From an uncultured Clostridia bacterium (GTDB taxonomy: Bacteria > Bacillota > Clostridia > TANB77 > CAG-508), in contig CANQDX010000003.1 of the NCBI GenBank assembly GCA_947594065.1, positions 499 through 64,498 on the forward strand: a stretch of DNA of 64,000 bases, given 5' to 3'. This document shows positions 10,201 to 17,700 of the stretch, in pieces. Numbering within the stretch: position 1 is the stretch's first letter; every line of letters begins with the position of its first letter. A program made the translations under genes and the position numbers. The notes under the pieces were generated by a model, which was given only the letters and a program-made list of their open reading frames with translations, made no database searches and was not told the DNA's origin.

Positions 10201-11734
10201 AGTATACGAATCAAACGTAAAAATGGATGAAACTTCTCAAGCAGCCTACAATATGTCTGTAGATACTAATATACCAATCGACCAACTTTTAGTATATGAC
10301 GATGAAATAACATATACAATAAGTGTAGTAAATATAGGAAAAGAGTCTGGTAGTATCAACATAAAAAACACTCTTCCAGCAGAAATAGAACCAGAAAAAA
10401 TGGAATATGGAAAACAGGGAGAAGAACCAACTATTATAGAAAAACCTTATAGAGAAATAGAAATTAGTGGAGAATTAGAACCAAACGAAGTAGAAATTAT
10501 TAAAATCTCAGGTACAGTAACTGTTAAAGAAGTAGAACAAACAACTGCATTTGAATTAACGAATGCTACTCAATTAGTTGTTGGAGAAGAAGTAATTTTA
10601 TCTAATGAATTAACACATAGAATGGAAATAGAAGTATTTAACCCAGACGACCCAACTAATCCAACCAATCCAGATAACCCAACTAACCCAGATGACCCAA
10701 GCAATCCAACCAACCCAGAAAATCCAGAAACAAATTCTTATACAATATCTGGAACAGCGTGGGTAGATGAAAACAAAAATGGTAAAAGAGATGAAAGCGA
10801 AAAACTACAAGATAGTGTAGTAGTAAGCTTAGTAAATAAAGAAACAGGAAACTTTGCCTTAGACCAAAATGGAAATAGAATTACTACAGTAACAGATGCA
10901 AACGGAAGATATGCTTTTACAGGTCTTCCACAAGGAAACTATATAGTATTATTCGAATTTGATATAAATACTTTTGCAGTAACTACTTATCAAAAAGAAG
11001 AAGTAGAAAAAAATCTAAATTCAGATGTTATTATGTCTAATGTAACAATAGACGGACAAGAAAAATTTGTGGCAATCACAAATACTATTTCATTAGATGA
11101 TAACGCAAACTATGTAGATATTGGTTTAATAGTAAATGCAACATTCGATTTAAGCTTAGAAAAATTAGTTTCAAAAGTTGCTGTTGTAGATAGCCGTGGA
11201 ACAGAAGAAACAACTTACGACAATAGCAATGTAGCAAAAGTAGACTTAGTTGCAAAATATATGAAAGGTGCTAATGTAATTGTAACTTACAAATTTGTAA
11301 TAAAGAACGAAGGAGAAGTAGCAAGCTTTGCAGATAGTTTAGTAGATAATTTACCAAGCGGATTAGAGTTTAACTCAGAATTAAATCCAGACTGGTATAG
11401 AGGAAATGATGGCAGCATATATACAACAGCATTAGCAGGAAAAACAATACAACCAGGTGAAAGCATTACAACAGAATTAGTATTAACAAAGAAAATGACA
11501 GAAGAAAATACAGGAACATTCCCTAATAGTGCAAAACTAGAAAAAATAAGTAACTTACAAAATATAGCAGAAAGCGAAAAAGCAATGGAAAATAATGAAT
11601 CATCAGCATTATTAATTATATCAATAAAAACAGGTTCAATATGGCTATATACAGGAATTACATTAATTAGCTTAAGCATTTTACTTGCAGGAGCTTACTT
11701 AATTAAGAAAAAAGTTCTGAATAAAGAAATATAA
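7208..11734 (+). CDS. Giant surface protein A1: signal peptide, ~700-aa unassigned region, three DUF11-type modules, (NPx)n linker, SdrD-B/Cna-B-like module, isopeptide-type Ig domain, SIKTG + hydrophobic + KKK tail
   Basis: 1508-aa ORF with AGGAGG at 7193-7198. DUF11-like strings: GQIVIYKLQVRNNSEQDLANLVLKDIIPENAVY; ETIQYRVRVKNTTEDNLKNVKVTYEIPQEITY; DEITYTISVVNIGKESGSINIKNTLPAEIE. SdrD-B-like string: YTISGTAWVDENKNGKRDE...DANGRYAFTGLPQGNYIV. Ig-domain string: SLEKLVSKV...VTYKFVIKNEGEVASFADSLVDNLPSGLEF...FPNSAKLEKISN. Confidence 0.85.
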   Translation: MNLRKFILKSVATTMAISLVYGNVSICGIGISKAIAEDNIPPEIGIELKNEEYVPFHKEKEEVTNKGIAIHSSLEIQPKQEEDNYLPTEKVELGVNLPQINGSYPEVANVVQASTKSTTGEELNTNITQNYNKDSGLLSVSYLNSSKEGNKNEKDRFEIIYKYSVQDNNEVNLTYKVNAKVTFKAENENITSENSKEISITEKESKGNLTAFNTQAKEEIYKGYLYSNVENHTNYETTFNTVSTYTVLNSQLADTTTLELEENKFLLNKEEKDANENIIYKQTKISKYEFDRMLGQEGKIEVYKGEEVFATVQYIDIDNTKKLAVIYLNGETEALQDNEAYAVIKYSEDFTNLNIKITKPNSEGFLHFENESAIKASDNYGNNVEKINAIRITSKINNQTSNTDITLSEPETKIAITSSNVNLSTLQVNKTTLTVKLDDTNASTKLFNNPIVTIKLPEGLTSGHLSSPRLVNDNGLKIKKSSTNNNVITIELEGKQSAYDLENVSGGVSIVMDIDNLNYSDKLASHTDKIEVTCKQEKAETKQSFPVNIVSKAGLLMLSKLSNFDNSGNVSSTVDDLKVINLENDAETKEAVHTLTLVNNYDENLTNVKIIGRIGYSNDELKSTFDTNLSKPLEVENAKVYYSTNKDAKFEDEGWTEEFTNNAKAFKVELKDNTMAKAAGMEIKEAVQIPEKLGNNQSSYLNLSMTYQYQEKTVADEVTIGMQTPQDGLANNSSKAEKTIVTPKGENLPVSLEITPYIKQDYVHSGQIVIYKLQVRNNSEQDLANLVLKDIIPENAVYTYRGFDEEEELKAIQDETKEKEWKIESLKAGEVQEFEIALLMKETSQDSTIENKIQLKYEEQTVEQSSTLTLKPAKATVVLSTIRDESNTEEVGSYGANETIQYRVRVKNTTEDNLKNVKVTYEIPQEITYITGGLAELGEFESKIIKEGTINNNIFEYTIDNLKSNEEKILFIECEVKRMANKYNVRISGIANIEVDGEVYESNVKMDETSQAAYNMSVDTNIPIDQLLVYDDEITYTISVVNIGKESGSINIKNTLPAEIEPEKMEYGKQGEEPTIIEKPYREIEISGELEPNEVEIIKISGTVTVKEVEQTTAFELTNATQLVVGEEVILSNELTHRMEIEVFNPDDPTNPTNPDNPTNPDDPSNPTNPENPETNSYTISGTAWVDENKNGKRDESEKLQDSVVVSLVNKETGNFALDQNGNRITTVTDANGRYAFTGLPQGNYIVLFEFDINTFAVTTYQKEEVEKNLNSDVIMSNVTIDGQEKFVAITNTISLDDNANYVDIGLIVNATFDLSLEKLVSKVAVVDSRGTEETTYDNSNVAKVDLVAKYMKGANVIVTYKFVIKNEGEVASFADSLVDNLPSGLEFNSELNPDWYRGNDGSIYTTALAGKTIQPGESITTELVLTKKMTEENTGTFPNSAKLEKISNLQNIAESEKAMENNESSALLIISIKTGSIWLYTGITLISLSILLAGAYLIKKKVLNKEI
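10641..10732 (+). repeat. In-frame 9-nt (Asn-Pro-x)n linker repeat in A1
   Basis: NPDDPTNPTNPDNPTNPDDPSNPTNPENPE encoded by reiterated aayccaRMY units. Confidence 0.9.
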
Positions 11735-11752
11735 GGGGAAGGAGGAAATAGA

Positions 11753-14700
11753 ATGAAAAAGAAATTAAAATTCAAGATTGTTATAATGTTAATTGCGATT
11801 TTATTGTTATTAGTTCCCATAATAACAAAAGCTTCAATATATAGTGATAGTGATTTAAAAAATAATAGAAACTATGTGTTCAGTAATGATTCTTATGGCG
11901 ATGAAAGCCATACCAAAAATAATCATTTTGTTGAAATAAAAGTAGGAAATGAAATAGCGGTTTATGTTAACGGTACATCCCCTGAAATGAGTCCTCACGT
12001 AAATACACTTAGCCTTCCTAATGTATATTGTCTTAATAACGGAGTAAACGCAGGTTGGGGTAGTTATAAAATAACTTCTGTTGGAAATAAAGCAAGCCCA
12101 TTACTAGCATATATATTAGCTCAAGGCCCAACGATGGGTCAACTTGAAAGTAATTATAAAAACGATCCATCACAACAGGCTTTGTGGTATTATATATCTA
12201 AAAGTAATTCAAGTGAGGCTTCATTTCTTCGTGGAAGCTTGGGATGCAATTCCGGTTCTCCTTCCAGCAAGGCACTAGAATATTATAATGATGCAGTAGC
12301 TTATGCAAATAAAGTAAATAATTCTAGTGGAATTATTTCTGAAGATGATGTAAGTGCTTCAATAAAAGATAGTACGTTAACAGTAACTGTAAAAGGAAGT
12401 TTTGAAAAATACGATTTATTAGTAAATGGTACAAAAAAAGGTGAATATTATGTTAGCAGTGGTCCACATTCTTATACTGTAAGTGGAGATACAGCAACAG
12501 TAAAAGTCATACCTTATGAGAAAAGATATAACGCAACATATGCTATAATAGAAAGATCTGGTCAACAAAGAATGATGGCAGTAACTAGCACATCATATGG
12601 TGATGAATTGTCAAAAATAGCTTGTGAGAAAACAGTAAGAAAAGAAGAAACCAATGTTTCTTTACAAAAATATATTGCTGCAGTAAATGGTTCAACAAGT
12701 AATATTCCGTTACAACCAAGAACAAACTTACAAGCTATAAGCAGTTCAAAGAATCAAATTTATGCATATAATAAATTTATAAATGAATTTGGCGATTCAA
12801 CACCAAATTCCTACAATGGAACAGGTTATAAAAAAACATCACCTGTTACAATTAAAAAGAATGATATTGTAACATATTATATACATCTTTATAATAATGG
12901 AAACGTATCTGCGAAGGTATCTGTGAATGATACTTTGAAAAAACTTTCTAATAGTAGTAGTACACTTGCTTTTAGTATTGCAGAAACTCCTAAAATAGAA
13001 TTTAGTACAAAAGGTTACAATTCAAATGGAAGTTATTCTGTAAAATCTACCAATTCTCTTACATATAGCAAGAGTGGAGCTTATATTTTGTTTAATGCAA
13101 TTACTTTAGAGGCCAATTCAACAGCACGTATAACTTTAAAAATAAAAATTGAGGAACAAATTGACTCAGGAGATCTAATAGAAAATAATGCGTGGATAAC
13201 AGGCGATGGATATAACAATCCTAATGGATATAGAACAGATGACTACGATTATGTAAAAATGGAACAGCCAGAAGCAACAAAACCAAATGTATCTTTACAA
13301 AAATATATTGCACAAGTAAATAATAAAAATTTAACATCTGCCCAGACATCTGTTACAAATAGATGGAACAGAAAAGATAATTCTGAAAGCATAGGACAAA
13401 TCTTTGATGGTGGTATTTTTAAAGATCCAAGTGGCAATAATGGTGGTTTGTCTTATAATAACGGTTATAAAAGTGAAAACCCTGTAAAAATACAATCTGG
13501 TGACAGTGTAACTTACTACATTTATGTATATAATAATAGCAATAAAATGGTCAAAGTTGATGTAAGTGACCACATATGCTTTGTATCAGATTCAGTCCTT
13601 TCTGAAAACGAATATACAATAACGCAAAGTGCATATGAAAATAGTAGTGATGGATATACATTCACAAGTAATGGTGGCAACAGCAGGATGACTCTTGACT
13701 ATAAAAAAGAAGGTGGCACAATTTACTTTAATACTATTACATTAGATGGTAAAAAAGCTGCTCGAATAACATTAACTGTTAAGTTTAATACCGATATTTC
13801 ATCAAGAGGGGTATTAGAAAATTATGCTGGTATTAGAAGTACAGATCCAACGAATAATACAACATTTAGAACAGGTGACTATGATTATGTAGAAATGGAA
13901 GAACCAGAGCTACCACCACCAGAAACACCAAAAACAAATGTATCTTTACAAAAATATATTGCTCAAGTAAATGGACAAAATTTAACTTCTGAAAATACAG
14001 ATGTTATAAATAGATGGAATGTGCAAGCAACATCACAAAGTGTAAATCAAATTTTTGCATCTAGGACTAAATTTGTGAATCCAGGAGGAAAAGAATATGA
14101 TGGAACTTCTAATACTACTATAGGCTATAAAAAAATAGATCCTGTTTTAATTAAACAAGGTGATATTGTAACTTATTACATCTATGTTTATGCTAATGAT
14201 AATAAAAAAGTTGATAGCATTATAGTAAAAGATCAATTAACTCATACCAATAGCAGTACACGACCATCTTATGCTATTCAGGGAAGTCCTACAATAGAAT
14301 ATAGTGATTTTGGCTATTCATATGGATCAGCCCAAACACTTAATTATACAACAAGTAACGATATTATTACTTTTAGTTCATTTAGCTTAAATTATCAAGT
14401 TGCTCGTATTACATTAAAAGTAAAAATAAATGAACAAATTCCAGCAGGAGATATGATAGAAAATAATGCATACATATATGATACAAATCCAGATAATAAT
14501 ACAACCTATAGAACAAGCGACTCTGATTATGTAGAAATGGAAGAACCAGAGCTACCACCACCAGAAGCACCAAAAACGAATGTATCTTTACAAAAATACA
14601 TTGGACAAGTAAATAATAAAAACTTAACCTTATCTATGTTAGAAATTTATGACAGATGGAACAGAAAAGATGTATCAGGAAGTATAGATAAAATTTATGA

Positions 14701-17700
14701 TACAAATATATTTAAAGCGCCAGATGGCAAAAATATGAATGGCTCTTTTGTAAATGGCTTTAAAAGAGATTATCCTGTAACTATTTCAGTTGGTGATGAA
14801 GTAACCTATTACATTTATGTATATAATAATGACGATGAAACAGCCAAATTAAATGTAAGTGACCAATTAAGTTTCGTGTCTGGTTCTAGTCTTTCTGAAA
14901 GCGAATATACAATAACACAAAGTGTATATGAAACTAGTAGTGATGGACATACATTTAATGGCAATAGCGAAAAACTTGGCTATGCAAGACAAGGTAACAG
15001 TATTTACTTTGATGCTATTACATTAAGTGGCAAAACAGTTGCTCGTATAACATTAAAAGTTAAATTTAATACAGATATTTCATCAAAGGGAATATTAAAA
15101 AATTATGCATATATATCATACACAAACCCAAATAATAAAACTGATTATAGAACATCAGATTCAGACTATATTGAAATGAAACAACCACCAAAAGGAAGCG
15201 TTTCTTTACAAAAATATATAACACAAGTAAATAATCGAAATTTAACATCTGATAATACATCTCTTACAAAAAGATGGAATTTAAGGGATGAATCTACAAG
15301 TATAGGACAAATATTTAATGGAAATATATTTAAAAATGAAGGTGGATTTTCATCTGGTAGTTCATATAATACAGGATATAAAAGCCAAAACCCTGTTATA
15401 ATTAAACAAGGAGATACTGTAACTTACTACATCTATATATATAATGAAAGTAAAGATAGCACTAAAGTTTCTGTAAAAGATACATTAAGTTTTGTATCTA
15501 ATAATTACCTTTCTTCATCATATTATTCAATATCAAGTATTACAATGCAATATGCAAATGATGCCTATAGTTTTGGAAATATCAGTGATATTAGTTACTC
15601 TACGAGTGGAAATACAATAACATTTAATTCATTTAATTTGGGTGGAAAAAAGGCAGCTCGTATAACCTTAAAAGTTAAATTTAGTACAGACATTTCTGCG
15701 TATGGAGTAGTAAGAAATTATGCTTATATAAGTAGCACAAATCCATCTAATACAACAAGCTATAGAACAGAAGATGCTGATTATGTTCAGATGGTAAGTG
15801 CAAATGTTTCTTTACAAAAATATATTGCAGAAGTAAATGGACAAAGCTTAACATCTCATCAATCTTCTATTGGAGATAGATGGAACCTAAGAGATACAGG
15901 AAGTAGTACATCACAAATTTTTGGAAATAGTGGAACACTTAAAAATCCAAATGGCTTATGGTCAGGTAGTTCAAGAACTGGTTACAAGAGTCAAAATCCG
16001 GTTTTAATTAAAAAAGGCGATGTAGTAACATATTATATATATGTATATAACAATAGCCATATTGTAGATTCTAAAGTAACTATAGAAGATAGCTTAAATA
16101 ACAGTAGTTATAGTGTGCAAAGTGCAACAATTGAATTTGGAGATGGATATAATTTTAATGGTACACAAAGCATAAATTATACTAACTCAAATGGTACAAT
16201 GATATTTGATCAATTTACTCTAAATCGTGATACAGCAGCAAGAATTACACTTAAAGTAGCATTTAACACAAGAATTTCTTTAGGAACAACTGTAAAGAAC
16301 TATGCAAAAATTAGAAGTGTTGACCTTGCAAATAGCACAACTTATAGAACAGAAGATGCAGACTATCTTCAAATGGAAGAAGAATACAAAGTAAGCTTGG
16401 AAAAATACATTTCTTCTGTACGTAACGATAAAGGCGTAAATGAATCTATTACTTCAAGAAAAGGTCAAGAAGAATATAAAACAGAAAGAAATGGTAAATT
16501 AGTAGACGAAACGGATAAAGATACTGATTGGACACAACATAACCGTAAAAAGGAACTTTCACCAGTAACAGTAGGAAATGGATATTATATTACATATACA
16601 ATTGAAGTAAGAAATGATGGCGAATGTGATGTATATGTTTCAGAAATTGTAGATACTTTACCAGCCGGAATTTCTCATTATAAAGAGAGTGGATACTCAT
16701 CTAATAAAAACGATTATAAAGCAAGACCAAGTGGTGGTGATATTACAATAACAAGAACCGGTGCAACATTGTTACACCCAGGAGATAGTACATCTGTAAC
16801 ACTTACTGTTATTGTAAGCGAGTCTAACCTTTCTATGAGAGTATTGAAGAATACAGCTAAAATTACAAAACTTACAAATTCAGACGGTACACAATTAGAT
16901 GCAGATGCAAACGATAAAACACGATATAATAACCAAGACTCTGATTATTTCCAAATGAACTTAATGCTTCCAGTTGGAATCGGAGGAATGGTATGGAATG
17001 ATAAAGCATTAAATAAACAACAAGATAGTTATAATGGCTTATATGATGCTAATAGTGAAAGCAAATTAGCTGGAATTAAAGTTTACTTATATAGAGATGG
17101 AGAAAATGGAGTTGTAGCTACTACAACAACAAATTCAAGCGGAAATTATGTATTTACAAATCTTCCAGGACGTAACAGAGTAACAGGAGGATTCTATTCA
17201 TACTATGTAGTATTCGAATATGATGGTATTACTTATACACCAACTAATGATAATAATAATTATAAAAAAGTTGCAACGCCAGGAGATGATCCGTTAACAT
17301 CAAACGCAAGAGAAAAATTAAATAGTACTGATAGTTTCGACGGAATAGTAAATAAAGCAAGAACAACATTTAATAATGGATTTGGTACAATAAATAATTC
17401 TAAGGGAATTAGTTATACAACACAAAACGATGCAGGCTGGACGCCAGAGTCACATCATAACTACAATACAAATATGGCAATTCAAGCTTCAACAGAAAAA
17501 ATAACTATAGCAGACAATGCTACACTAATGGCACAATTACAACACATTAACTTAGGATTAAGAGGTAGAGATATAGTAGACTTACAATTAACATCAGATG
17601 TATACTCTACAAAGGTGACAGTAAATGGCGTAGATGGTGCATATAAATTCAATAGCAACCAAGTTACAGTAAGAAAAGAAGATATAGGTATAGCAGAAGA

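Noticed and set aside
10641-10732. Short tandem repeats and the ~600-nt periodic repeats in the B genes considered as a possible CRISPR array or non-coding satellite.
   Set aside because: All are in frame within intact ORFs and encode NPx linkers or Ig-like domains. There is no repeat-spacer organisation and there are no cas genes.
13915-13945. Internal TPKTN/APKTN/IPKTN strings at B-repeat linkers resembling the NPQTN sortase-B motif.
   Set aside because: They are not followed by a hydrophobic segment or charged tail, and they recur at every domain boundary as part of Pro-rich linkers. This is most likely coincidental.
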